A stretch of 64,000 nt of DNA from a virus: the IMG/VR virus record IMGVR_UViG_3300045988_136394, positions 1 through 64,000 of that record; one strand, 5' to 3'. The notes below the pieces were generated by a model. It saw only the letters and a list, made by a program, of their open reading frames with translations. It was not told the DNA's origin and made no database searches. A program made the translations under genes and the position numbers. The stretch's first letter is position 1, and the number at the start of each line of letters is the position of its first letter. Below are positions 26,715-36,849 of this stretch, one piece after another.

Positions 26715-27401
26715 TTAACCTCGCAAAGCTGGATCTTTTACACCATTAACTTCAAAAGCATGAGCTCTATCTCTACATGTACCACATACTCCACAAGGTT
26801 TTTCTCCACCCTCATAACAAGACCATGTAAATTTATAAGGGACTTTCAATGACAATCCAGCTTTAACAACTTCGCCTTTATTAAACATAATCAAAGGAGC
26901 TCTTAATGTAAGTTGGCCGCCAGTACCTTCTAAAATTGCTTTACGCATGGCATCCACAAATTCAGGAGTACAGTCCGGATATGCCCTACCAGCCGCATCA
27001 TCTGCATGAGCGCCATACCACACTTCACAGCCCCCGAGGGAATAAGCCAAAGACGCCGCTGAAGATAACATTAAGCCGTTACGAAATGGTACATAGGTAC
27101 TAACAGTCCCTTCACCACCTAATTCCTTTAATTGTTCGGCATAGGTAGTATGTTTAATTTCATTTTTACTATTTTTTAATAAACAGCAATCACTCAATTC
27201 CATAATACTACTAATATCCCGAACAATATGTTGAACACCATAATGTTCCGCTAACTTTTTAGCACAAGCTAATTCTTTCTCATGCTTTTGGCCGTAGTAA
27301 ATAGATAACGCTGTTACCTCTTTATTGCCATAACAATCAACTGCCATACCTAAACAAGTAGCGCTATCAACACCACCGCTCAACAATACAACTGCTTTCA
27401 A
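26715..27401 (-). CDS. queC: 7-cyano-7-deazaguanine synthase (QueC)
   Basis: SGGVDS PP-loop and C-terminal CGVCGTCRDR zinc motif. Confidence 0.85.
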   Translation of the reverse strand: MKAVVLLSGGVDSATCLGMAVDCYGNKEVTALSIYYGQKHEKELACAKKLAEHYGVQHIVRDISSIMELSDCCLLKNSKNEIKHTTYAEQLKELGGEGTVSTYVPFRNGLMLSSAASLAYSLGGCEVWYGAHADDAAGRAYPDCTPEFVDAMRKAILEGTGGQLTLRAPLIMFNKGEVVKAGLSLKVPYKFTWSCYEGGEKPCGVCGTCRDRAHAFEVNGVKDPALRG

Positions 27402-28321
27402 AATAATCGCCTCCTAATAATTTTTCCACCATGATAAGTATATTCTTTTGCCCAATCCATCAAAAATGTTACATTCCACAAATCGCGCTGAACATAATCT
27501 TCCATTAACTGCTCAAAATCGAAATTCTTGCTTTTAATGTAAGATTTTAAATCTTCCAAAGCTACAGCACTACCATTTAAAGGGTGAGCCATTTTATCCT
27601 TTTGCTGAGCACTAATAATAATAGTACCCCATGGAGTATAAATTGCTCCATTATGCCCGCTTTGAATCCACGAAGAACTATCCGCAGAAGTAACTGGATA
27701 TTGGACTAAAGTTTTTCTTACAGTCATTCCAAAAGCATGGACTTTAACATTGGGATTACTCGAACTTTTTATAATATCAAAACATAACGATAAAAAGTTC
27801 TTTTGTACATCTTTAGGCTTGCCCACCATACCACCAAGAGCGATATATTTTAATGGTTGGCCATTTTCATCTCGCCATTCTAAGGCTCTACGCAAACACC
27901 ATATCGGTTCACCCACATGGAACGTATATAGTAAGCCATCCTTATTTAAAACAGCATCCCTCATATACAAATAATTTTTCCATGTTTTTACAGCTGCATC
28001 TAATACTTGTGCTTGTGTAGGCTTTTGCCTGATGTTTCCTGGAATACAGTCCAATTGACCAAATAAATCAATATACTGCACTCTGTCGTTTAAAAAGTAA
28101 ACATAATCATCAACATTAATATATGTACCTTTAGTCCATGCAGTAAAAGCACCACTGTCAATAAATAGTTTACCTTTTCGACCGTATTGATTAATCCAGC
28201 CAATCCATCTATCAATATTTTTCCTTTCGTTCAAATAACTGAATAGATGATTGGCTCCCATATCGAACAAGCACTTATCTACATGATCTGTAACTTGTCC
28301 CGCAAAATATAAATCTAACAT
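27398..28321 (-). CDS. dpdA: DpdA-like tRNA-guanine-transglycosylase-family protein (putative 7-deazaguanine DNA transglycosylase)
   Basis: ALGGMVGK resembles the TGT AIGGL(A/S)VGE motif. Operon context with folE, queD, queE and queC. Confidence 0.55.
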   Translation of the reverse strand: MLDLYFAGQVTDHVDKCLFDMGANHLFSYLNERKNIDRWIGWINQYGRKGKLFIDSGAFTAWTKGTYINVDDYVYFLNDRVQYIDLFGQLDCIPGNIRQKPTQAQVLDAAVKTWKNYLYMRDAVLNKDGLLYTFHVGEPIWCLRRALEWRDENGQPLKYIALGGMVGKPKDVQKNFLSLCFDIIKSSSNPNVKVHAFGMTVRKTLVQYPVTSADSSSWIQSGHNGAIYTPWGTIIISAQQKDKMAHPLNGSAVALEDLKSYIKSKNFDFEQLMEDYVQRDLWNVTFLMDWAKEYTYHGGKIIRRRLF

Positions 28322-28349
28322 TACAAACCCCCTTTCTGTTTATATTACT

Positions 28350-28378
28350 ATTATACCTTACTATTATAATAATGTCAA
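28350..28378 (-). promoter_or_regulatory. consensus promoter TTGACA-17-TATAAT (minus strand) for the dpdA-queC-queD-queE-folE operon
   Basis: Reverse complement reads TTGACATTATTATAATAGTAAGGTATAAT. Confidence 0.55.
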
Positions 28379-28415
28379 TAAAAATAACCATTACGATTCA
28401 GTCGTAATGGTTATT
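28379..28415 (-). terminator. Rho-independent terminator after the DNA polymerase gene
   Basis: aataaccattacg-attcagt-cgtaatggttatt hairpin with a T-run on the minus strand. Confidence 0.55.
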
Positions 28416-28422
28416 AATAGTC

Positions 28423-30705
28423 TTATTCGTTTTCATACCAACACTTTGTGATTTCAACATCACATTTTAAAGGCACAGAGAGTGAGGCTGCATTTATCAT
28501 ACATTCAGAAAGTAATTCAGCACATCTTATTTTATTCTCCTCTGGACATTCCCCAATAATTTCATCATGTACCTGAATAAGTAGTCGGAAGCCAAGCTGT
28601 TTTAACTCTTCACAACGACTAATAGATAACATGGCGAATTTTGTTAGGTCAGCCGCACTTCCTTGTACCCTAGCATTTACACACATACGAGTTGCATCAG
28701 CAATTTTCATCCGATTATCAACTACCTTTATACCCTCGTTATTCGCCTCTTCAATTACGGCTTGATGTTGCTTAAAGCTCTTACATCCAGCTAATTTATT
28801 CCAATAATATGTTACGATTTCTTCAGGTACTTCAGTATTTTGATCTTCATCATCGGCAAGTGGGTCATAGTCTTTCGACACACCATCTTTCCAATAAAAT
28901 TCGTAGGTGTCTAATTGCATATCAGGAAGTCTTCTTTTTCTTCCCCATGCAGTAGTTACATAACCTAGATCTCTTGCCATTTGCCGACTCTCTTCTCTAA
29001 ATGTTTTTAATTTAGGAAAAGCGTTTAAAACTGCATCGTATATTTCCTGAGCTAATTTTTTAGAAATATGTAAATCATCTGCAATAGCCGGGATTCCTTT
29101 ATCATAGTTAATACCTAAAAGAATAGCCTTTGCTCGACTACGTCTTTCCTTTCCTTCAGGATTGTGTGTGCCATCGGGTCTAAATTCCAAACAGTCATCA
29201 TACGGAACATTGAAAGCTAATGAAGCGATTTCGGCGTACAAATCTTTTCCATCGATATAAGCCTGAATACCTTTTTCGTCCTGCGCTAAATGCACAGTCA
29301 ATCGAGGTTCCTGAGCTGAGTAATCGCAGGATAACATTACATAGCCGTCACTAGCCTTGAACATTTTTCGTATGTCTTTTGCATGGCTTGGAATATTTTG
29401 CAAATTAGGGTCATCACTCGAGAAACGACCTGTAATTGTTCCAAGTTGATTAAATCTCGCATGAATCCTCCCTGTTTTTGCATTTATAATTTTTGGGAAT
29501 TTATCTACATATGTAGATACTAATTTTGAAGCCTTACGAAATTTCAATAAGGCCGTTACCAATGGATTATCAAACTGCTCAAGAATTTCTTCTCCTGTGC
29601 CACGAGGTTTCTTCTTGCTTACTGGAGGCAGTTTCATAATATCATACAACAGGATAGATAGTTGCTCTGGACTGGCTGGATTAATCTTCTCAGGCAGTTT
29701 ACAAGAAGAACCTTGTTTGATTCTATATTCTTCGATTTCAGATTCATAGAGTGAAAGAGTTTCTTCGAACTCTACCGCAGCTTCACTCATAAGCTTGTTA
29801 TACTTTTCAGATAACTTTTGCTGAACCTCTAAATCAAGAAATACTCCTGTATCTTCCATTTCAGAAACGATTGGAACCAATGGCATTTCTAATTCATGGA
29901 ATATTTTAGCAACATCTTGCAACTCATACTCTCTGCATACTTCAGTATCGGTTAAAAACGGACGTTGAAATTCGGCTAATTCATATGTAATCATAGGGTC
30001 ATTAGCCGCATATAAATACGCAACATCAACAGGAATCATTGTAAACGGAATACCCGCAAACAACTCTGAAAATGTATGCGATTTATCCTTGCCTTTATTA
30101 ACGTACTTATCCCATAAACCCTTTAAACTATTATTTTTATTATTTTCATCGAGCAGTCGTTGTGCAATATAGCCATCCCACCAACAAAACATTTTAATGC
30201 CTAAAGTATGTTTTAATACCCTACAGTCAAAATCGCTATTAAACATATCAATTTTCACTTTTGCATCTATTAAACGCTGTAATTCACGTTTAACAATTTC
30301 AGCTGAAATTTGCCCTTTAATCGGCATACCTGTCATATAACTAACATGATTTACAGGTACATAAGCAGCTTTATATCCTGGAGTATATAAACAAACACCT
30401 GCTAAAGTTGTAGTGATGGGATCTAAACTTGTTGTTTCTGTATCGATTGCCCCAATACCATTTTCAATAAATTTATCAATTAAATCTATTAAAATAGCTT
30501 CGTCCATAACATTTAAGTACATATCTTTTTTATCAGCAAAATACCTATTTGTCATGGCTTTAATTGAAGTAATTCGACTAGATAAATTACCTGCCTTCAA
30601 CTTTACGTTTCCGGCAGATAATATAGGTAATTTTGATTTAGCTTTATTGACAACTTGTGCATCCGTTATTTTTGATGAACGAGGTTTAAAATCAAATAGA
30701 GCCAT
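28423..30705 (-). CDS. family-A DNA polymerase (PolA-like) with a 3'-5' exonuclease domain
   Basis: Exo I motif AIDTETTSL. Motif A LSCDYSAQEPRL, motif B RRSRAKAILLGINYDKG, motif C QVHDEII. Confidence 0.9.
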   Translation of the reverse strand: MALFDFKPRSSKITDAQVVNKAKSKLPILSAGNVKLKAGNLSSRITSIKAMTNRYFADKKDMYLNVMDEAILIDLIDKFIENGIGAIDTETTSLDPITTTLAGVCLYTPGYKAAYVPVNHVSYMTGMPIKGQISAEIVKRELQRLIDAKVKIDMFNSDFDCRVLKHTLGIKMFCWWDGYIAQRLLDENNKNNSLKGLWDKYVNKGKDKSHTFSELFAGIPFTMIPVDVAYLYAANDPMITYELAEFQRPFLTDTEVCREYELQDVAKIFHELEMPLVPIVSEMEDTGVFLDLEVQQKLSEKYNKLMSEAAVEFEETLSLYESEIEEYRIKQGSSCKLPEKINPASPEQLSILLYDIMKLPPVSKKKPRGTGEEILEQFDNPLVTALLKFRKASKLVSTYVDKFPKIINAKTGRIHARFNQLGTITGRFSSDDPNLQNIPSHAKDIRKMFKASDGYVMLSCDYSAQEPRLTVHLAQDEKGIQAYIDGKDLYAEIASLAFNVPYDDCLEFRPDGTHNPEGKERRSRAKAILLGINYDKGIPAIADDLHISKKLAQEIYDAVLNAFPKLKTFREESRQMARDLGYVTTAWGRKRRLPDMQLDTYEFYWKDGVSKDYDPLADDEDQNTEVPEEIVTYYWNKLAGCKSFKQHQAVIEEANNEGIKVVDNRMKIADATRMCVNARVQGSAADLTKFAMLSISRCEELKQLGFRLLIQVHDEIIGECPEENKIRCAELLSECMINAASLSVPLKCDVEITKCWYENE

Positions 30706-31361
30706 TAGAAGCTTTCTCTACGATTACGTCGAGCTTTAGGTTCTGCAGGTGTACGTCTTTTAACCCCTTCATCTGTGGCAGGATTTCTTCTTTGGGATTG
30801 TTCTTCCAATCCTGGCATTTTACCAGTATCTAAAAATTCATCCAATTCTTCGGCTGTTTTATTTAATAAGAATGTTTCCGGAACTTCTGGAACTTCTGGA
30901 AAATCTTCCAATGTTTTATCGTCACCTTTTATTGGAAACAAAAGATATTCAGTAGTTTGTTCTCCTTTTGCTCCATTACGTTCAATTTCAATTGATTGTG
31001 AGCATAAAGGATTATAACGCGCACATAAACTTGTGAGCTTATCGATAAACTTTTTACCACGTTCCCATAATTTAACAGAACCATCATCTTCTATATATAA
31101 TGGAACAAAAACCCGTAATTGAATTTTATTTCCAGAAGCACATAACGGACAAACTTCTATAGAATCATTAATCTGTCTTAGGCATTCAACCCATTTATCT
31201 CGGCCATTAATTTTGACACGATGAAGTGAATGAGCTTCAATATCGTCAACATTATTATACAAAATTCTTACTGTAGCAACATCGCGATCTTCTTTAAGTT
31301 GAAAAAAATTAGTTGTACTTGTAGTATATTGGTCTACTTCATCATATCGAACTCGTGCCAT
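30705..31361 (-). CDS. putative gp32-like single-stranded-DNA-binding protein (zinc-binding)
   Basis: H-x12-C-x10-C-x2-C spacing (LHRVKINGRDKWVEC...CPLC) matches the T4 gp32 zinc-site architecture. Confidence 0.45.
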   Translation of the reverse strand: MARVRYDEVDQYTTSTTNFFQLKEDRDVATVRILYNNVDDIEAHSLHRVKINGRDKWVECLRQINDSIEVCPLCASGNKIQLRVFVPLYIEDDGSVKLWERGKKFIDKLTSLCARYNPLCSQSIEIERNGAKGEQTTEYLLFPIKGDDKTLEDFPEVPEVPETFLLNKTAEELDEFLDTGKMPGLEEQSQRRNPATDEGVKRRTPAEPKARRNRRESF

Positions 31362-31364
31362 GTT

Positions 31365-32273
31365 TTATTCCTCCTCGTCCTCTAATGCCTCTGCCTCAAC
31401 TTCTGGAGTTTCTACTTTTTTAGATGCTTTTTTTGCAGCCTTTTTAGGTTTTACACCCAATTTTTCAGCAATTGCTTCTTTTTTCTTTTGTTCTTCTTTT
31501 TCCAATTTTTTCTGGCGTGCGGCCTCTAATGCCTCTGCCTTTTGAGCCTTACGAGTATTTACACCTTTTTGATATTCAACAGAAGCGGCTACACATTTAC
31601 GGATAAGATTTGCAGTTTTCTCATTATCCTCTGTTAAAGAAATACGAGCATCAAACATATGCTTCATAGTTTTATATTCAATATTCAGGCCATCAAGAGC
31701 TTTAGTACGAAGCCACAATACAATTCCTTTAGTGCTAAAAGTAAAGGCCATGCACATATGACCATCAAGTTTAATGGTGTGGAAACCTTTAACACGAGTT
31801 ACAAAAATTGTGCAACCAGCGGCTTTAACAATAGTTTCAACAACATCTTTCAAAGGAGAAATTTGACGTGGAGCTTTAGGCTCTTTTACTTTTTTCTCTT
31901 TTTTAGGTTTTGGTTCTTTTTTAGCTTCAGCTTTCTTAGTACCACGTTTTACAGGTTTTACTGGTTCAGGTTCTTCCTCAGATTCTTCATCCTCTTCTTC
32001 GCAGTCCTCAACAGCGTCTTCATCCGCATCTTCGACTTCTTCTTCCTCAGAATCCTCAGAAGCTTCCTCGTCAACTTCCTCTTCAGTTTCTTCTTCTTCA
32101 AGATCTTCGACTTCCTCAACTACTTCTTCCTCAACTTCCTTGTAAAAGCGTTCATAAGATTTGCGATTAACAATTCTTTCTTTACCGGAGTTCAAATCTT
32201 TTAAAGTGATGTCATCTCCATCTTTGCTAACCAATTCAAATTCTGCGTTGTTTCTTGTGCAAATTACTTTCAT
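31365..32273 (-). CDS. bipartite acidic/basic low-complexity protein (poly-E/D stretch followed by K-rich segments); start moved to the first ATG
   Basis: About 55-aa E/D run and then KKEPKPKKEKKVKEPK. The TTG at 32321 is too close to the promoter to be the start. Confidence 0.4.
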   Translation of the reverse strand: MKVICTRNNAEFELVSKDGDDITLKDLNSGKERIVNRKSYERFYKEVEEEVVEEVEDLEEEETEEEVDEEASEDSEEEEVEDADEDAVEDCEEEDEESEEEPEPVKPVKRGTKKAEAKKEPKPKKEKKVKEPKAPRQISPLKDVVETIVKAAGCTIFVTRVKGFHTIKLDGHMCMAFTFSTKGIVLWLRTKALDGLNIEYKTMKHMFDARISLTEDNEKTANLIRKCVAASVEYQKGVNTRKAQKAEALEAARQKKLEKEEQKKKEAIAEKLGVKPKKAAKKASKKVETPEVEAEALEDEEE

Positions 32274-32325
32274 AATACTACCACACTTTCTAAATAAATT
32301 TTGTAAGGTTTTCACCTTCAATTAC

Positions 32326-32354
32326 ATTATACCCTTCGTAAATTCAAAAGTCAA
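32326..32354 (-). promoter_or_regulatory. consensus promoter TTGACT-17-TATAAT (minus strand)
   Basis: Reverse complement reads TTGACTTTTGAATTTACGAAGGGTATAAT. Confidence 0.55.
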
Positions 32355-33361
32355 TACTTTTTGGATAAAAAAATTTCAGGGCAATTTTTAAATTCCTGCT
32401 CAGATAAATCATTAATATCTTTACCTCTTGGAACTACTAAAGATTTAACCAATTTATTATCAATAACTTTAATTAATCTCTTAGCGCCTTTATCTCCAGC
32501 TTCATCTCCATCAAAAGCGGCTACTATTTTTCTAAAAGGAAGTTTTTTAATTAAATTAAATTGTTCTGGCGTGCCTGTACCTAATAATGCTATAGCAGCT
32601 ACACCATATTTAACAGCCGTTATAGCATTTATTATACTCTCACACACATATAATGTATCTTGACTATAATCCAATTCATACACACCATATAATGGTTTAA
32701 ACACGTTTTCCGGATAATGGTAAAGCTTGAAATGTATTGCCCTTCGTGCAATAAACAGAGTTCTGCCCTGCATATCCCTCACAGGGAATGTTATGCAGGG
32801 AAAGGTATTTTCATTTTTCTTTAACTTAAATTTAGGGTCATAACCAATATCGTATTTTTCAATAAGTTCTTCAGTAAGACCTCGTTTAAACATATAATCA
32901 TGATAATAACGATATCTATCTAATTGTTTTTCCGGAACATATTGTTGTTCTGAATGATTACTATTTCTACTCAATTTTAAATCTAAAGGTTTTCTATCTT
33001 CTATATCTATAGATAAAAAATTCTTTATTAGCCACTTTGTACCATATGCACCCGAATCATCATATCCATAAATATAACTAATCATTTCAGGTAGTGTTGC
33101 AGTATAGCCACATGTAAAACAATGTACAGTCCCGGCTGGAATTTTTTTACCATTTATTATTTTATCAACTCTTGATATACCACAAGAAGGCCTTTTTTCT
33201 TGCCCATTATTATGCACCGGACAACAAATTTGTATATTTGAATCTGTTACTATAAACCGACCAAACAAACTAATACCTAATTGTTCTTCTATCTGTGATT
33301 GTAAAAATTGCAAAATAGAAACATCGTCTTCTAATAAAGCTTTGCCCCGAATTGTAAACAT
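32351..33361 (-). CDS. DnaG-type DNA primase
   Basis: Zinc finger CCPVH...CGI and CFTCG. TOPRIM aspartates AAFDGDEAGDKG. Confidence 0.75.
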   Translation of the reverse strand: MFTIRGKALLEDDVSILQFLQSQIEEQLGISLFGRFIVTDSNIQICCPVHNNGQEKRPSCGISRVDKIINGKKIPAGTVHCFTCGYTATLPEMISYIYGYDDSGAYGTKWLIKNFLSIDIEDRKPLDLKLSRNSNHSEQQYVPEKQLDRYRYYHDYMFKRGLTEELIEKYDIGYDPKFKLKKNENTFPCITFPVRDMQGRTLFIARRAIHFKLYHYPENVFKPLYGVYELDYSQDTLYVCESIINAITAVKYGVAAIALLGTGTPEQFNLIKKLPFRKIVAAFDGDEAGDKGAKRLIKVIDNKLVKSLVVPRGKDINDLSEQEFKNCPEIFLSKKY

Positions 33362-34686
33362 TAAAAGACCTCTTTTCTATCTTTATATTTTTTACGTTGT
33401 GTTTCTTCGACTTTTTGCCGTTCTTGTGGGGCTACTGAATCCGTTGCACTTGGCACATAAACAAAACGCCCTTTATCGATATCCCAAAAATAAATCAGGT
33501 TTACTCCTACAGCACCAGTTCTATTTTTAGTCAACGATAATTTTAAGCCAGCCCCTGTTTGCCTAATAAACAATACCTTTGAACTATTTTGACCGATACT
33601 ATCGCTATCGGCTAAATTAGTTAAGTCTGGATCGTCTTGAACATTATCTTTACGAATATCACCATCACGATTTAATTGAGATAATCCGATTATTGGAATA
33701 TCATATCTTTCGGATAAACGCATTAAACCTTCAGTTATACTAAATAATTGTTCTGTTTTACTTTTTCCTCGACGATATGTTTCATCGTCCATTAAACTGT
33801 ATTGGTCAATACCAATAATATCAGCCTTACAAGCCGTTATCATTGATTGTATAGAGGATACGGTTGCCCTACCGCCAAAACTTTTAGGTGTAAAAACATA
33901 AAAAGGCAGCATATTTTTCTGTGTTTTATCAATAAAATCTTCATAACCTGAAACATTTTCACCAATAACAAGAGCTTTGTTCGAAAAATTGGCTAATAAA
34001 GTATCAAAACGATACCCAATTTGCATATCATTCATTTCGCCACTGTACATAGCAATACGCTTGCCCTGTTTCCATGCCTCTACTAACATTTTCAATAATA
34101 TCCACGTTTTACCCTGATTAGGTCTTCCTGCTACAGTCAATAATTCGTTTCCTGGCTCTAATCCATATATTACTTCGTCGAGTTCAGGAAATCCGGTTTT
34201 GATATAATTTGTTCCAAATTCCTTTTTTTGTTGGTGTAATTCTAATCTTTCTTTTGCTTTTTTAACTATATTAGAGCCACCAACAATATTTTGACTATTT
34301 AATGCAACTACCTGTGCAGATAAATAATTCAAAGCTTCCCTTGAATCGTCCCGCATTTTATCTGCGGTTTCCTGCACTACAGAAACCATCTGTGAATATA
34401 AATATTCTTCTCTTAGAGTGCTAATTAAAAAGTCGTCAGTTTCTTTAACTTCTGTAATTGGGAAATCTGGAAAATTTTGAAGCATTGTTTCTTTATCCGG
34501 AACTTTGCCATAAAGACTAACATGTCTACGAATAAAATTAAACTCTTCTTCGTATTCTAAAAAATAATCTTCCGTTAGGTTGTTTTGTGTAACAATATCA
34601 AAACTTCCTGTATTTAAACATTTGCTTAAAATTTGAAGTTTAACCACGACGTCTATCCTTTCCACGCAAAGCAACAATATCTCCAC
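33361..34686 (-). CDS. DnaB-family replicative helicase
   Basis: Walker A AGRPNQGKTW and C-terminal IIGLSQLNRD, typical of DnaB-family helicases. Confidence 0.8.
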   Translation of the reverse strand: MEILLLCVERIDVVVKLQILSKCLNTGSFDIVTQNNLTEDYFLEYEEEFNFIRRHVSLYGKVPDKETMLQNFPDFPITEVKETDDFLISTLREEYLYSQMVSVVQETADKMRDDSREALNYLSAQVVALNSQNIVGGSNIVKKAKERLELHQQKKEFGTNYIKTGFPELDEVIYGLEPGNELLTVAGRPNQGKTWILLKMLVEAWKQGKRIAMYSGEMNDMQIGYRFDTLLANFSNKALVIGENVSGYEDFIDKTQKNMLPFYVFTPKSFGGRATVSSIQSMITACKADIIGIDQYSLMDDETYRRGKSKTEQLFSITEGLMRLSERYDIPIIGLSQLNRDGDIRKDNVQDDPDLTNLADSDSIGQNSSKVLFIRQTGAGLKLSLTKNRTGAVGVNLIYFWDIDKGRFVYVPSATDSVAPQERQKVEETQRKKYKDRKEVF

Positions 34687-35326
34687 TCAAAATTCGACTG
34701 GATAAGCGTTTACCAACCTGTTTTTCTAAATCTTTATCAGAAACATTACTTGTAAAAATATTAGCAAGTCCCATATTCATTCTTGAATTAATAAAATCAT
34801 ATAAAGTATTTTGTTCAAAAGCGCTTAATCCTGAAACTGCAACATCATCCCAAACTACTAAATCAACAACAGGAATTAAATCTAATAAATCTTGTACATT
34901 ATTTGCTGAATTAAAGGATTGTTTTATGGAAAACAATAAATTTTGTGTAGAAAGGAACAGTCCCCGAGGTTTAAATCCGTTACCTAGCCAGATTTCACTA
35001 AAGTATCGCAGGAGAAATTTGGTTGCCCATGTAGTTTTCCCATTACCTGTAAAACAACTGTGAATAAATAAATTTTCACCCGCCGCCACAAAATTAATAA
35101 TATCCTGTTTTAAATCATTAAGATATTCAAAACTATCATAATCACAACTATCAGGTTTTAAATTTACAGATTTCTGATATACTTTTGGAATACGGCTAGT
35201 ATAAATTAAAAAATCAAATTCCATAAATCTTAAACAACTAGCACAACAGTCAGTTGTTTTGTACTTGCCACAAACATCTTTAAACCAGCATTTTTCACGA
35301 TCAAATTTATACTCATACATAATCAA
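34640..35326 (-). CDS. DnaI/DnaC-like helicase loader (N-terminal Cys-rich zinc module plus P-loop ATPase)
   Basis: CGKYKTTDCCASC zinc cluster and GNGKTT P-loop. Confidence 0.45.
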   Translation of the reverse strand: MIMYEYKFDREKCWFKDVCGKYKTTDCCASCLRFMEFDFLIYTSRIPKVYQKSVNLKPDSCDYDSFEYLNDLKQDIINFVAAGENLFIHSCFTGNGKTTWATKFLLRYFSEIWLGNGFKPRGLFLSTQNLLFSIKQSFNSANNVQDLLDLIPVVDLVVWDDVAVSGLSAFEQNTLYDFINSRMNMGLANIFTSNVSDKDLEKQVGKRLSSRILSGDIVALRGKDRRRG

Positions 35327-36102
35327 TACACCTTGTCAATAATAGTGTGATCTAATCCATCATCTTCCGGAGTTTGTTGGATATTATCAATAGGCTTATC
35401 TTTACGTTGCAATTCCCACACAGGCACTAAAACTTTATATCCTGCCGCAAGGGCTGTTTGAACTCTTGAATATACTTCTGTAAAAGATCTGCCTTTAAGG
35501 CTATTTAAAATTGCTTGCCATTGTTCTGGCTCTAATTTAAATTTTAATCGATATTTTAGATATGAACTCAAACAAGCTTTTAATACAGTCCTGTCATTCT
35601 TTATTAAAAAATTTTCTAAAAGAAAAGCGTCCAACTGCTTATCAAACCGCGAAAAATTATTTTCTTTGCTTGTTTTAGCACGTACCCCCCTTATACCCCC
35701 TAGTTTATTATCTATATTGCTATTTGGTATATTATTCTTATTGTCTAATTGTCTAGTATTATTATATTTATTATTTTCTTGTGTTCTACTTTCTGGAACA
35801 CGTTGTTCTACTTTCTGGAACACGTCAAAATTAATAGCATACGCATTTTTTAGTCCAATACCATTTTCGTGCATTGACTGTTTTTTTAGAATCAAATCTT
35901 TCTCGACTAAAGAATTTATACATTTCTGAACTGTTGCATTTGATAAATTTAAATGTTCAGCAAGACTTCTAATAGTCATTGTAAAATACTGATTTTCAAC
36001 ATTTGCATATCTATAAATTACAGCATAAATTGTTAGCTCCGAACCACTTAATTTAAGGTCTTTAAACATCCATTCGTGTACTGTATAGTAGAAATCTTTC
36101 AT
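35323..36102 (-). CDS. DnaD-like replication initiation / replisome organiser protein
   Basis: N-terminal winged-helix-like region and a C-terminal DnaD-like domain (YLKYRLKFKLEPEQWQAILN). Confidence 0.5.
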   Translation of the reverse strand: MKDFYYTVHEWMFKDLKLSGSELTIYAVIYRYANVENQYFTMTIRSLAEHLNLSNATVQKCINSLVEKDLILKKQSMHENGIGLKNAYAINFDVFQKVEQRVPESRTQENNKYNNTRQLDNKNNIPNSNIDNKLGGIRGVRAKTSKENNFSRFDKQLDAFLLENFLIKNDRTVLKACLSSYLKYRLKFKLEPEQWQAILNSLKGRSFTEVYSRVQTALAAGYKVLVPVWELQRKDKPIDNIQQTPEDDGLDHTIIDKVY

Positions 36103-36120
36103 AATTTTTCCTCAATTCTT

Positions 36121-36420
36121 TTATTTGTATACAATTTTTGTCGGTTTATCAATTCTTCTAGTATTAGCTTTTATAAAATCCTGTCTAGCTGCTTTTGTAG
36201 CAACTTGTTCATCAGACATTTTTTCTTGCAATTCAATTTCAATAATAATCTCTAACTCTCTATATTTTTTATAAATTGGGCAACTATCTTGCATACAGGG
36301 CTTGAAGTCTGTAATGATCTCCCCTTTATTATTAGCCCCTTTGTGTTCTACCTCGCAGGCATTAACGGTGTTGATACCCACTAATAAAGCCATACTCATT
36401 AACAATACTTTTTTCAACAT
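36121..36420 (-). CDS. small secreted protein (signal peptide)
   Basis: MLKKVLLMSMALLVGINTVNA signal-like N-terminus. Confidence 0.4.
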   Translation of the reverse strand: MLKKVLLMSMALLVGINTVNACEVEHKGANNKGEIITDFKPCMQDSCPIYKKYRELEIIIEIELQEKMSDEQVATKAARQDFIKANTRRIDKPTKIVYK

Positions 36421-36636
36421 AATAAATCCTCCTTATAACAGGAAAAGCCCCCTATATGATTGGCGGTCATAGGGGGCTTTAGCCTGACAAATAAACAAAA
36501 ATGAGGGTTAAAAAGCGGCAAATACTTTTTGGAGTTACTCCTGAACATATCCGGGAACCGACCGCCAAGCTATTTCCCGCTTCTGTTATTATAATACCAC
36601 AACCATTACAAGCTGTCAATACTTCGTAAAAAATTT

Positions 36637-36849
36637 TTATCTGCCACCGAACATCTTACTTGTTTCAATAATTTGATTATCTACTTCATCATTTACACGA
36701 CTCCAGGCTTTCTGCCTTACTTCATCTATATTGTCGTCAGTTTCTAGGCTAATCAACTCACTGGCTTCAAAAGTAAAAAATTCACCCTGTATCTGACAAC
36801 TTCTTTTACTGGAAACTGTGATTTCTTTAATCTTTGACATATTTAACAT
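36637..36849 (-). CDS. hypothetical protein
   Basis: 70-aa ORF. Confidence 0.3.
   Translation of the reverse strand: MLNMSKIKEITVSSKRSCQIQGEFFTFEASELISLETDDNIDEVRQKAWSRVNDEVDNQIIETSKMFGGR

Noticed and set aside
31659-32204. 181-aa plus-strand ORF rich in F and L
   Set aside because: It is the mirror frame of the poly-Glu/Lys gene on the other strand (GAA/AAG repeats read as TTC/CTT), so it is a compositional artefact.
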